Virus record (IMG/VR): IMGVR_UViG_3300017754_001974
Location: 1 to 63,684 of that record
Source: a virus
Taxonomy: Duplodnaviria; Caudoviricetes
Length of the DNA stretch: 63,684 nt
Strand: one strand, 5' to 3'
A model generated the notes under the pieces. That model was not told the DNA's origin and ran no database searches. It worked only from the letters and a program-made list of their open reading frames with translations. Of the stretch, positions 30,801 through 39,399 are shown in pieces (position 1 is the first letter of the stretch; every line of letters starts with the position of its first letter). The translations under genes were made by a program, and so were the position numbers.

Positions 30801-33800
30801 ACCTACTGCACAACAAAATTTTGTTAATGCTACTAAAAATATTCCTAGAAATAGGAAGCCAGTTAAAATAGAAACTCATTATACAACTAATGAAGAAATG
30901 GCTGCTAGACCTTATCCAGCATCTGGTTCATTAACTCCTGTATATCCTGAAGCACTTTTAATGGCTGGACCTGCAGCTAACATGGCAAAATCTGCATTAG
31001 GCACTGTAGGTACTGCTATGAATCTTCCATTTACTGTTGGTGCCACAACTATACCAGGTCTTACAGCTAATAATTTATTGACTGGTTATTTTGCATCTAA
31101 AGTACCAGGTAATTTACAAGAAGGTGAATATATTAATGCTGCTTTAAATGGGTTACCTATGGTAGGTCCTATTTTAAGAGAATCTTATAATGCTGCAAAA
31201 ACACTTCCTTTTTTTAAACAAACACCTAGTTCTAATAATATATCTAGATTATCAAATAATACTACATTAGGAAATCCTATAGGTAATGCTGAAGATTTAC
31301 GTTCTGTAAATCCTAATTTTAAAACTTGGAGAGATCCAGATACTGGAAATATAGTTTATCAATTAGATAAAGAAGATTATGCTTTTGGTAATGACTGGGA
31401 AACAATTGCATCAAAAGATTTTAAAGATTATATAACTGGATGGTTAAATACTAAACCAAATTCTGGAGGATATAGTGAAATTCCAGAATTTAATGAAAAA
31501 CTTAGAGAACTAACAGCTTTAGCAAGTTATGGTAAAAGAGCTGGCATTAAAAGCTTTAATGAATTAAAACAAGTTGATAAAGCAAAACAAGAGATGGATA
31601 GAATAAGATACTGGGGTCCTAGTGTCACAGATCTTAATCCATCAGATGACTTTTATAAAATGTGGTTTCCTGGAGGTGGTAAAGCAGAAGTTTTTCCAAA
31701 TCCTAAAAGAAAACCTTTTACTGGTATTGAGGCATTCCAAAAAATAAATCCAAATAAGTATGGAGGATCTATATATAAAAATGGAGGTTCATATAATTCA
31801 AATACTGATGAATTTTTAGGATATACTGATGAGTTAGATAGTTATCAGGATAAGGGTCAAGTTAATTATACTGGTAAAAAAGGAATTAAAGGAGAAGTAC
31901 CAGTTAATAAAGAAGGACTTCCTTATGTTAATTTAAGAGAAGCTGAAATTACATCTACAAATCCTAATAGTAGACCAAATCCATATTCACCTGCTTCATT
32001 AAAAGATCTTTTTACTTTTATGAATCCTATGAATTGGGGTGTAAATGATTATTCAAATGCAGGTACTTTTAATAAAGCTTATAGTAGTGCTAAAAAATCT
32101 GGGGAAGAAGACTTTTTATTTAATAATAAAAGATATAATACAAAATATGCTGGTACACCTAGACAAGAAGTTGGTGCTTATGGGATAAATGGAAAACCTA
32201 TAGATTTAAATTCGCTTGATTATCCTGCTCATGTTAATTTATATCCACCATTTGGAAGATATCTTCCAGGACATATATCAGCATCTACAGGAGATGATAA
32301 TTATTCTGTTGATTATTCTGCTTATGGAAATAGAAATAGTGGTATACTTCATAGGAGATTAAAACCAGGAGAACAATCTTTTAATGTTTATAATTATGAC
32401 AATGATGTCTTTGAAAAAAAAGCTATAAATTTACCTGAAGGTAAACATGCTTTTAATGCTACTAGATCTAAACCTTCTGATTGGAATTTATTTACAAATA
32501 ATTGTGCTGATAATGTTTGTGATGCTTTTGGAATACCTAGAGATGCAGGATTACAATATCCTTCAGAAGCATTAGAAAAAATTAAAAGGACTTATCCTAC
32601 ATTAGATGTAACAGGAAGAACCCATCGTGATTATGGTAGAATGATAAGAAAATTAAAAAATCCAAAAGATCTTTTAAATAAAATAGATGAAATTATAGGT
32701 ATTATATCATCGCCAGATATATCAAATTCATCTTTTGCAAGAGAAATAGTTGAAAAAATACAAGAGGCTTTATCTAAAGAAGGTTACGGATTACCAAAAT
32801 CTACTAAAATTTGGGATGAAAATGGTAAGTCTGGTTCATTTGATGGAGTACTAGGAGAAGAAACTAAAGAAGCATTAGCAGATTGGAAATCTAAAAATAA
32901 AAATAAGAAAAAAGAAGGTGGAGAAAATTTACCTACTTATCAAAAGAAAGGTCAAGTTAAACCTACTTATTTATCACCTGAAGAATTAGGTGCTAGACAA
33001 ATAATGGAACCAAATACAACAAGAGTTGCTCCTGTAGTAAATCATGTTAAAGAAGCACAGTATCATGCACAAGCTGCTAAAGATGTTGCAAATCCAAAAA
33101 TAACCGATGATGATTTTAGAGATAAACATGGATATAATAAACATGTTTATCAAATGAATAATGATCCTCAGTATAGAGCAGAAGTAGAAGCTAATGCAAA
33201 GATAACAGCTAATAAAAATGGTTCAATAGACTACCCATCTACATATATGGATAGTAAATCTTATACTGGTAATCCTAATCTTAACTACATGATACCAAAT
33301 GGATTAACTGGAGAAGCTAGGAAAGGATATGAAGAATCTCAAATGAATGTAGTTGGTGCAGCATTACCAATACCAGGATTACAACAAGTAGGTAGAGTTC
33401 CAAGTGTTTTAGGTGCAGGTAAAAATGCAATTATAGCTGCAGGTAAAACATTAGATAAATTTGGAAATGTTATTACAACACAAACACCTTTAAGAAATGC
33501 TTATAAATTAAACCCATATGCATTAAAAGAAAAAGATATAGACATGTTATGGAGATGGCAAGCTGATAATCTACCTGCTGGATTACTTAAAGTAAATGCT
33601 GTGCCTGCAGAATATACAGGTAGATGGTTTCAGATAGGAGATCCTACTGATGTTTTTGAATATATGAAAATGAGACCAGGTCCTGGAACATTAAAAGGAT
33701 TAGCATTACCTAAAGGAGTAGCAACATTACCAGAAGATGCCGCAAAATTTACAGGTGCTGAATACTTAAAAGATGTTGAAAGAATTGTTCCTACTGAAGC

Positions 33801-34776
33801 ATTACAAAATACAACAAATTTTAGATTAGAAAATAATCCTTTTTTACCTGGTAAAGTTGATAATCCTAATTTTCTTGAAGATTTTACAGGTTTACAACCA
33901 CTATTTAAAAATGCAAAAGTTACACCACATTGGTTCAGAGGATACCCAGTAAATAATACAGGTAATATAAATATGAATGAAATAATGTCTTTAGCAGCAC
34001 CTAAAGGAAATATGTATGGACAAAATCAAGTTTTAGTACAACAATCAAGATTATTAAATCCAGCAACAAGAGCAAAATTTTTTCAAAATCAAGCTCCAGA
34101 AATTAATGCAACTATAAATAGAGATTTTCTAGGTGATAGAATAATGAAAGTTCCTAAAGATTTTAATAATAGGATAACTCCTGAAAATTATGAAGAATTT
34201 GTAAATAGAATACATGGTTCTACAGGATATAATTTAGCAAGTGATTCTTGGAGAAAACCTACAAATTTAGGAATTGGAAATTATAACAAAACAGGAACAG
34301 TTTTTTCTGATGCTCCATTAAATAATTTAGGTAAGGATATTATAAACGCACATGAAAAAAATCATGGTATGTTTGCAGGAACTTTATCTGCAGAAATGAG
34401 TGATGATTTATTAAGACCATTTGGAACTAAAAAAGTAATACCTCATTATCAAGGTAAACATCAAGCAGATGAAGTATTAGCAAGAATGGGTCAATTTAAA
34501 AATGCTATCGGTATGGGAGATGATCAAATTTTTACTTTAGGTCATTTGAATTTAATACGTAAGAATTATGCAAATAGTTTTATAGATAATGGTATAACTG
34601 AAATGCTTAAAAAAATCAAACCAGGAAGTAAAGGAGAAAAAGAGTTTTTAAAAAATATGAATAAATATGCATTTGGATCTGCACCATTCATTATAGGAGC
34701 AGGAGCATTGAAAAATAAAAAACAAGGAGGTACCTTCAATCCTAATACTGATGAGTTTTTAGGTTTCGTAGACTGA
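27853..34776 (+). CDS. Modular virion cargo protein: CHAP/NlpC-like, two lysozyme-like, permuted papain-like + PG-binding and zincin-like modules
   Basis: 2307 aa; FCISGV...GDIL.F...FHAYLV; GAESKFG...SIGPFQI; ALQETNLG; PGHI...WNLFTNNCAD; IQEAL...G.FDGVLGEET..AL; HEKNH...DEVLAR; modules separated by repeated linkers. Confidence 0.7.
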   Translation: MSKLEKFIVDPKGQYNHPGKKTKIPNADGSITMKGVPYPVLGIDDEGNQQMMYPNRDYQFPGNSVYEIPMAQFGFEKKEKEDPNKLYQEYLKLQDEVNRIQENEDSYESRLNAALIPMVGKDVKTSGFVPDNIVNWKDPITGHEAAFCISGVCYALTEFGEPIKYFDNVEIQDDVVAGKVKGRYLDQSEKGLKSGDILQFKRTSLRGEDKGGPFHAYLVTTVHPPDKDGYRKVDVFGNSGGGVQGFDSYFLGPDNKIQGHDTQVIKREIDPELHSSIIKRNKLKESIEKDYPNIFKKLDVDTDTFKATAFVKRDNLYNYISESGDHDEFINLKESKIDEILTQFSNPDFKKNFMKQQQVSNDEYDAIVKNVIGIYGAESKFGTGYKREPLWLQKKFGSLTDSIGPFQINPKQLQTDRFDRKDFFDPVIGSEIAATFLAENLPLLRSRAKAQPGDKHYSENLNQDNYLDFIPYLMNQQALLKGDAYTKETHPGRLARFFGVEPKPTPENKLVGDSEYNLRVKDYAKKIGLDIVPASTDVFETPEEQEEYYNFWPKYQDGGAFNPDTDEFIGYADELPKDEVEEEIEYSPSRVILRELGNIRRYDSKKEGIIKEPYKNSHEVYMDKKGWRNVSPEEYQLLLKQYPGADKSPGWIRPIKKAQDGLQTGEKFVEMDIPSHRYYPDLSEGETFIKDARVWNPVTNAKIVPTRDLKGGHYSNNVIRRIVEAAYRNDMLPHTYTGMSMALQETNLGKTDPNLGHVIDVKPYSNPTPEDDLFRALKEKYKEADRLGYKNDPLQRLQTYNGNYLTRDTEKEYHKGQSQAFYGVPVPEEGINLRKNPLYAKKIFNLRDSVLLQNPELINFVNKATNEYADKYSIEQAQKAARNVDFTDMNQVMSAMAKFAKTNPREYKRLQQKYLKSNKKQTGGTFNPDTDEFIGYSDELDTYQKGGNNNLEKTLADLRRQSAKPVGSFSDWKTQSAKPASTLPTAQQNFVNATKNIPRNRKPVKIETHYTTNEEMAARPYPASGSLTPVYPEALLMAGPAANMAKSALGTVGTAMNLPFTVGATTIPGLTANNLLTGYFASKVPGNLQEGEYINAALNGLPMVGPILRESYNAAKTLPFFKQTPSSNNISRLSNNTTLGNPIGNAEDLRSVNPNFKTWRDPDTGNIVYQLDKEDYAFGNDWETIASKDFKDYITGWLNTKPNSGGYSEIPEFNEKLRELTALASYGKRAGIKSFNELKQVDKAKQEMDRIRYWGPSVTDLNPSDDFYKMWFPGGGKAEVFPNPKRKPFTGIEAFQKINPNKYGGSIYKNGGSYNSNTDEFLGYTDELDSYQDKGQVNYTGKKGIKGEVPVNKEGLPYVNLREAEITSTNPNSRPNPYSPASLKDLFTFMNPMNWGVNDYSNAGTFNKAYSSAKKSGEEDFLFNNKRYNTKYAGTPRQEVGAYGINGKPIDLNSLDYPAHVNLYPPFGRYLPGHISASTGDDNYSVDYSAYGNRNSGILHRRLKPGEQSFNVYNYDNDVFEKKAINLPEGKHAFNATRSKPSDWNLFTNNCADNVCDAFGIPRDAGLQYPSEALEKIKRTYPTLDVTGRTHRDYGRMIRKLKNPKDLLNKIDEIIGIISSPDISNSSFAREIVEKIQEALSKEGYGLPKSTKIWDENGKSGSFDGVLGEETKEALADWKSKNKNKKKEGGENLPTYQKKGQVKPTYLSPEELGARQIMEPNTTRVAPVVNHVKEAQYHAQAAKDVANPKITDDDFRDKHGYNKHVYQMNNDPQYRAEVEANAKITANKNGSIDYPSTYMDSKSYTGNPNLNYMIPNGLTGEARKGYEESQMNVVGAALPIPGLQQVGRVPSVLGAGKNAIIAAGKTLDKFGNVITTQTPLRNAYKLNPYALKEKDIDMLWRWQADNLPAGLLKVNAVPAEYTGRWFQIGDPTDVFEYMKMRPGPGTLKGLALPKGVATLPEDAAKFTGAEYLKDVERIVPTEALQNTTNFRLENNPFLPGKVDNPNFLEDFTGLQPLFKNAKVTPHWFRGYPVNNTGNINMNEIMSLAAPKGNMYGQNQVLVQQSRLLNPATRAKFFQNQAPEINATINRDFLGDRIMKVPKDFNNRITPENYEEFVNRIHGSTGYNLASDSWRKPTNLGIGNYNKTGTVFSDAPLNNLGKDIINAHEKNHGMFAGTLSAEMSDDLLRPFGTKKVIPHYQGKHQADEVLARMGQFKNAIGMGDDQIFTLGHLNLIRKNYANSFIDNGITEMLKKIKPGSKGEKEFLKNMNKYAFGSAPFIIGAGALKNKKQGGTFNPNTDEFLGFVD
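29515..34776 (+). repeat. Dispersed in-frame linker repeat GGx[FY]N[PS][DN]TDEF[IL]G[YF]xD
   Basis: Copies at 29515-29577, 30610-30693, 31756-31857 and 34720-34773; a degenerate copy (KEGG...YQKKG) at 32911-32952. Confidence 0.92.
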
Positions 34777-34819
34777 TAAAATTTTTGTAAATTAATAGTA
34801 TATTTAGAATAGCACCATT

Positions 34820-37800
34820 ATGAGAAAAGCACTAGTAAGACGTGGAGGTCAAATCATTGAAGTAGATGTAGATGATAACCATGTAAACCAATTACATAAA
34901 GCACAAAAAGGTGAGCAATTTAAATACCCATTAAATGATATGGGTGAAGAAGTTAGATACCGTAAAGAATTTGATAGACGTGGTAAACGTATAACTAAAG
35001 AAAAATTAGTTACTCCTCCAAATGAAGAGGAAGGAGAAAAAGGTAGTACTCGTTATGTAAAAAGAGTTTTAGATGATAGTGGTCAAGGTAGAATGATATC
35101 CAGACCTTCTGGAATAGATTATTTTATAAATCCATTTAGAGCTGATTTTATAGGAGATCCTAGAGATGGAAGTTTTATTGATTATGAAATTAATCCTAAC
35201 TTTAATCAACAACCTAGGATATTCCAAATGGGTGGAGCACCACAAGAGCAAATGGCTCAAGAACAAATGCCTCCACAACAAGAAGGTCAAGCTCAAAGTT
35301 CTGAACAAGATCAAATAATGAGATTAATTCAAGCATATGCTGAAGCTATGGGAATATCTCCTGAAGAGATTATTCAAGAACTTCAGCAAATGGATCCTCA
35401 AGAACAAAAACAAGCTATTGATCAAATGGCTCAAGAGTTACAAGGAGGTCAACAACAAGCACAAGGATCAATGCAACAAATGTCACCTGAACAAATGATG
35501 CAGATGGGTGGTGCTAATAATATATACACACCAGATACTGGTACAGAACAATATGCTCCAGATCCATCTTGGTATGATGGTGGTGATCGTGTAGCTGCAC
35601 CAGGTAATGTAGTTTCTTGGCCTTCATATCCTGAAGGTGGTAGACCTTCTAATATATCTTTATATAACTCTGTTCCAATTGAAGAACAAATAATACGTAG
35701 GGATCCTAGAAGAACAGGTATTACTACATTTAATAGATATCCTTCTGTACCAGAAAGAGAATATGATGATTCTAGTTATTATTATGAAGATGATTATAAT
35801 CCTGTAAGGAGAGTTCCATTCTTTGAAAATTTAGCAGATAGAGTTGGTGATGGTTTTGATAATGTAGGTGACTTCTTTAAAAGATTAAAAAGAAGAGGTG
35901 GAAGAAGAGGTGGAAGAATGAGAGGTAATGGTTTATTAAATTGTAAACCAGGAACTAAATGTTTTAAATTCCAAGAAGGTGGTGATTTACAAAATGATTC
36001 TCCACTTGATAAACTTACAGCTCAATACAAAAGTCAAAATTTTGCAAATCTTGTTAAAGAGTTTGGTCAAAAAAATTACAATATAGCATTCTCTAAAGAT
36101 CTTGCTAATGACTTTAAAAAATTTCAAGCAGGTGGTTATATAACTGATGCTGATGGAAATCAGCAATATAGTTTAGGTCATAATTTTAATTTCAATAAAG
36201 CATATCAACTTCAACAAGAAGCAAATAATAGAGATAAAAATGCTAATACTGGAAAAGCATTCTGGGAATTATTTGGAACTGCTGTAAATTCTGCAAAAAA
36301 TTTAAAATCTAGTATGAGTGGAATGGGAGCAAAACCAACAGCAGGTGGAGCAGCTCCAGCAGCACAAGCTCCAGCAGCAGCAACACCACAAACACCTGCT
36401 ACTACAACACCAGCGGTAACACCTACTCCAGCAGCAGGAGCCACACCAGCTGCTACACCAACAGCAGGTGGAGCTGATCCACTAAAATCACTAAGTAGTT
36501 TATTTAGTGGAGCTGGAGGAGCAGCAGCAGGTGGAATGGATTTATCAGCATTAGCAGGCTTTTTAAGATATGGTGGTAGTTTACCAACTGCAGGTGATGG
36601 TGGCATACTTGGAAACATATTACCTGCAGCAGCTGGAATAGTAGGTACTGCGTTTGCAGGTCCAATAGGTGGAATGGCAGCAAAAACAGTAGCAAAAGGA
36701 ATAACTGGTGGAGGAGCATCAGGTGGTGGAGGTGGAGGATTTGATCCATCAGCATTAGTTTCAATGTTTGCTAAATTTGGTGGTAATTTACCAAGATATC
36801 AATCTAATATTAATACAGGTCAAGTTAGTATATTTGATAAAATAAGACCTGACTTTGTACCACATGATCCAAATTTTGTACCGTGGGCAAATAATAATAC
36901 AGTTTCATCATTTAAACCTTCTGAACATGTATATGATTTTAAAGGTCCTTCAAATCAACCTGATTTTCAATTAATTGGAAAAGGATTAAAAGAAGGAGAT
37001 CCTGATTATGAAAGTATTGAATTACCACCAGATGAACCAGATAATTCTTTAGAAGCATGGAGAAAACAAATGAAAGATAATTCAGCTGTAACAGAAGATG
37101 GTAAAAATTGGGATCCTTTAAAATTTAATAAAGAAGACATTGAAAAATATAATTTAGATCCAACTCAAAATAACATTACTCAAAAGAAAGAAAAATTAGG
37201 ATTTCCAGGTTTCATGCAAGCTACAAAAGGAACGGGTATTGCAGCAGCAGGTTTTCTTGAAGCATGGGGTAATAGAGATAAAGCTAGAAAAGCACAAAAT
37301 AAAGCTGATATGGCATTGCTTTCTGATCATAGTTCTAAAGCAAATACTGCAGATAGATTAGATCAAGGAGGTTATGGAACTAATGTTTATATGCCATTAG
37401 GTGATTACAAACCTAATTCAAATGTACCAATGGGACCTAATGCTAGCGAGTTTGGTAAATACGGTATGCAAGTAGCTAAAGTAGGAACTCAAGTACGGAA
37501 TCCATACATGTCTAATCCTTATTCTCATCCAGAAGCTATTCTTTATGGTGAGCCAGATCCTAAAGTATCTAATACATTAAAGCCAGTTAAAAGAGAAGAT
37601 GCAAATTTAGAAGCAGAAATTGGTGAGGTAGCAGTAACTCCAGCTGGTCCAGATCGTTTATCTAAATTCTTTAATATAGGTGGTAAGAATCACTATGATG
37701 GTGGTACTCCATTAAATCTTCCTGAGAATACATTTATATATTCTAAAACAAGATCTATGATTATTAAAGATCCTAAAATTCTTAAAGAATTAACAGGGTC

Positions 37801-39394
37801 TACTAAACCAGCAACTCCTGCAGATTTAGCTAAAAAGTTTGACTTTTCACAATATATAGCAGTAATTCAAAATAAAAAATCTGATCCAGTAGAAAGAAAA
37901 ACTGCTGAGATGATGATTCAAAATATGATGTATAAACTAGGTCAGATTGCTATTATACAAGAAGCTAAGAAAGGATTTCCTAGTGGTATTCCATTAGTTG
38001 CTGTACCATATCTTGAGAAAGCAGGTATTGATCCACAAATGTTGTTACCTCAATCAGAACAACCAGAAATGGAATCTGGAATGCAACAGCAGATGGATCC
38101 TAGAATGATGCAAGAAATACCTGAAGAAATGATGATGCCTCCAATGGCTAGATATGGTGGTTCTAATATAATGGGTAGTCCTGTATTACCTAGATATCAA
38201 AAAGCTGGTCCTGTAAGTGATTTTCCAGCTCCTATAATGCCTACTTTAGAATCAGAAGAACCTAATTTTGTACAACAAGCATTAGGTCCATTATTTAATT
38301 ATTTACCTGAAGAAGATAGATTAGAAGATATGCCACCTCCTGAAAATTTTAAAAGTTCACTTAATCCATCACCTATACAAATAGCAATTGAGGCCCCAGT
38401 AAAAGGATTTAAAAATATGGATGATCTTAGACAATTTTATAAAGATGGTGATAAACTAGATGTAAATTTAAGACCAATATATAATGCTTATTCTGGAGCT
38501 ATCCGAGGTATTGCAAAATTAAAAAAAGCATTAATAAGTGGTGCTGTACCTTTTGATGTGTATGAAAAAGAAAAAGAAGCATTAGTTAGTAGAATTGATG
38601 GTATTAAAACACAATTAACTAAAACAAATAATGCTATTCCTAATACTACAAGTTGGTCTTATAATCCTTGGAGTACAGCTAATAAAATACAAGATTTAGA
38701 AAATATATTATTAGAAGAAAAAAGTGGTTTAAATGTTAAAGCTACTAGTCTTAAGAAATTTAGAGAACTTCAAAATAATTTATCAACTTTAGTAAATGAG
38801 AAAAAATTATTAATGGTAAAAAGAGATGATCCAAATATTGATGATTTAGATATAATGGAGTTAGATAGAAGAATGAAAGATCTAGATAAAGCTCTTTATA
38901 TCGAAAATATTAAAGTTAAAGATTTTGGTAAACGTTTAATTGACCGTAATGCTTCTGATGTACCTGTTGATGATAAATGGATTGATGAATCATTGAAAGA
39001 AGCTTTACGTATGGAAGATATAAATACTAAAGGAAAACAACCAAATCCTTATGATGGTTCTGCTTCTGGAAATTTATATACATATAAACAATATAAAAAG
39101 CAACATGGATTAATAGGACAACCTACAGTTAATGATTCATCTAATACTACAATTGATAGTTCAACTAATACTTCTATGGATAATCAAATGGTTGCTGATA
39201 GTATTGCTAAAACTACTCCATATGTTGAAGTTCCAGTTGAAGCACCATCACAACCAGTTCAATCACAACCAGCTAAAACACAATCAGGTAAACCTACTGT
39301 AAGTAGACCTACCACAAATAAATCTAATAATAGAAAGATAATAACTGTTGGTCCTAATGACCTAAAGGGTATTCAAATAATTCAACAACCATAA
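34820..39394 (+). CDS. Virion cargo/ejection protein with Q/M-rich, Pro/Ala/Thr-rich and glycine-zipper regions
   Basis: 1524 aa; many xxxGG motifs; crAss cargo-type domain NLEAEIGE...GGKNHYDGGTPL.LPENTFIYS; hydrophobic Gly/Ala helices. Confidence 0.65.
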   Translation: MRKALVRRGGQIIEVDVDDNHVNQLHKAQKGEQFKYPLNDMGEEVRYRKEFDRRGKRITKEKLVTPPNEEEGEKGSTRYVKRVLDDSGQGRMISRPSGIDYFINPFRADFIGDPRDGSFIDYEINPNFNQQPRIFQMGGAPQEQMAQEQMPPQQEGQAQSSEQDQIMRLIQAYAEAMGISPEEIIQELQQMDPQEQKQAIDQMAQELQGGQQQAQGSMQQMSPEQMMQMGGANNIYTPDTGTEQYAPDPSWYDGGDRVAAPGNVVSWPSYPEGGRPSNISLYNSVPIEEQIIRRDPRRTGITTFNRYPSVPEREYDDSSYYYEDDYNPVRRVPFFENLADRVGDGFDNVGDFFKRLKRRGGRRGGRMRGNGLLNCKPGTKCFKFQEGGDLQNDSPLDKLTAQYKSQNFANLVKEFGQKNYNIAFSKDLANDFKKFQAGGYITDADGNQQYSLGHNFNFNKAYQLQQEANNRDKNANTGKAFWELFGTAVNSAKNLKSSMSGMGAKPTAGGAAPAAQAPAAATPQTPATTTPAVTPTPAAGATPAATPTAGGADPLKSLSSLFSGAGGAAAGGMDLSALAGFLRYGGSLPTAGDGGILGNILPAAAGIVGTAFAGPIGGMAAKTVAKGITGGGASGGGGGGFDPSALVSMFAKFGGNLPRYQSNINTGQVSIFDKIRPDFVPHDPNFVPWANNNTVSSFKPSEHVYDFKGPSNQPDFQLIGKGLKEGDPDYESIELPPDEPDNSLEAWRKQMKDNSAVTEDGKNWDPLKFNKEDIEKYNLDPTQNNITQKKEKLGFPGFMQATKGTGIAAAGFLEAWGNRDKARKAQNKADMALLSDHSSKANTADRLDQGGYGTNVYMPLGDYKPNSNVPMGPNASEFGKYGMQVAKVGTQVRNPYMSNPYSHPEAILYGEPDPKVSNTLKPVKREDANLEAEIGEVAVTPAGPDRLSKFFNIGGKNHYDGGTPLNLPENTFIYSKTRSMIIKDPKILKELTGSTKPATPADLAKKFDFSQYIAVIQNKKSDPVERKTAEMMIQNMMYKLGQIAIIQEAKKGFPSGIPLVAVPYLEKAGIDPQMLLPQSEQPEMESGMQQQMDPRMMQEIPEEMMMPPMARYGGSNIMGSPVLPRYQKAGPVSDFPAPIMPTLESEEPNFVQQALGPLFNYLPEEDRLEDMPPPENFKSSLNPSPIQIAIEAPVKGFKNMDDLRQFYKDGDKLDVNLRPIYNAYSGAIRGIAKLKKALISGAVPFDVYEKEKEALVSRIDGIKTQLTKTNNAIPNTTSWSYNPWSTANKIQDLENILLEEKSGLNVKATSLKKFRELQNNLSTLVNEKKLLMVKRDDPNIDDLDIMELDRRMKDLDKALYIENIKVKDFGKRLIDRNASDVPVDDKWIDESLKEALRMEDINTKGKQPNPYDGSASGNLYTYKQYKKQHGLIGQPTVNDSSNTTIDSSTNTSMDNQMVADSIAKTTPYVEVPVEAPSQPVQSQPAKTQSGKPTVSRPTTNKSNNRKIITVGPNDLKGIQIIQQP

Positions 39395-39399
39395 ATCAT

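Noticed and set aside
29515-34776. Linker repeats as a CRISPR array or DGR template/variable repeats
   Set aside because: They are in frame, differ mainly at synonymous positions, are spaced over 1 kb apart, show no adenine-specific pattern, and no cas or reverse transcriptase gene is present.
35891-35917. AGAAGAGGTGGA tandem repeat (RRGGRRGGR)
   Set aside because: Only about two copies of an in-frame 12-mer; a simple low-complexity duplication.
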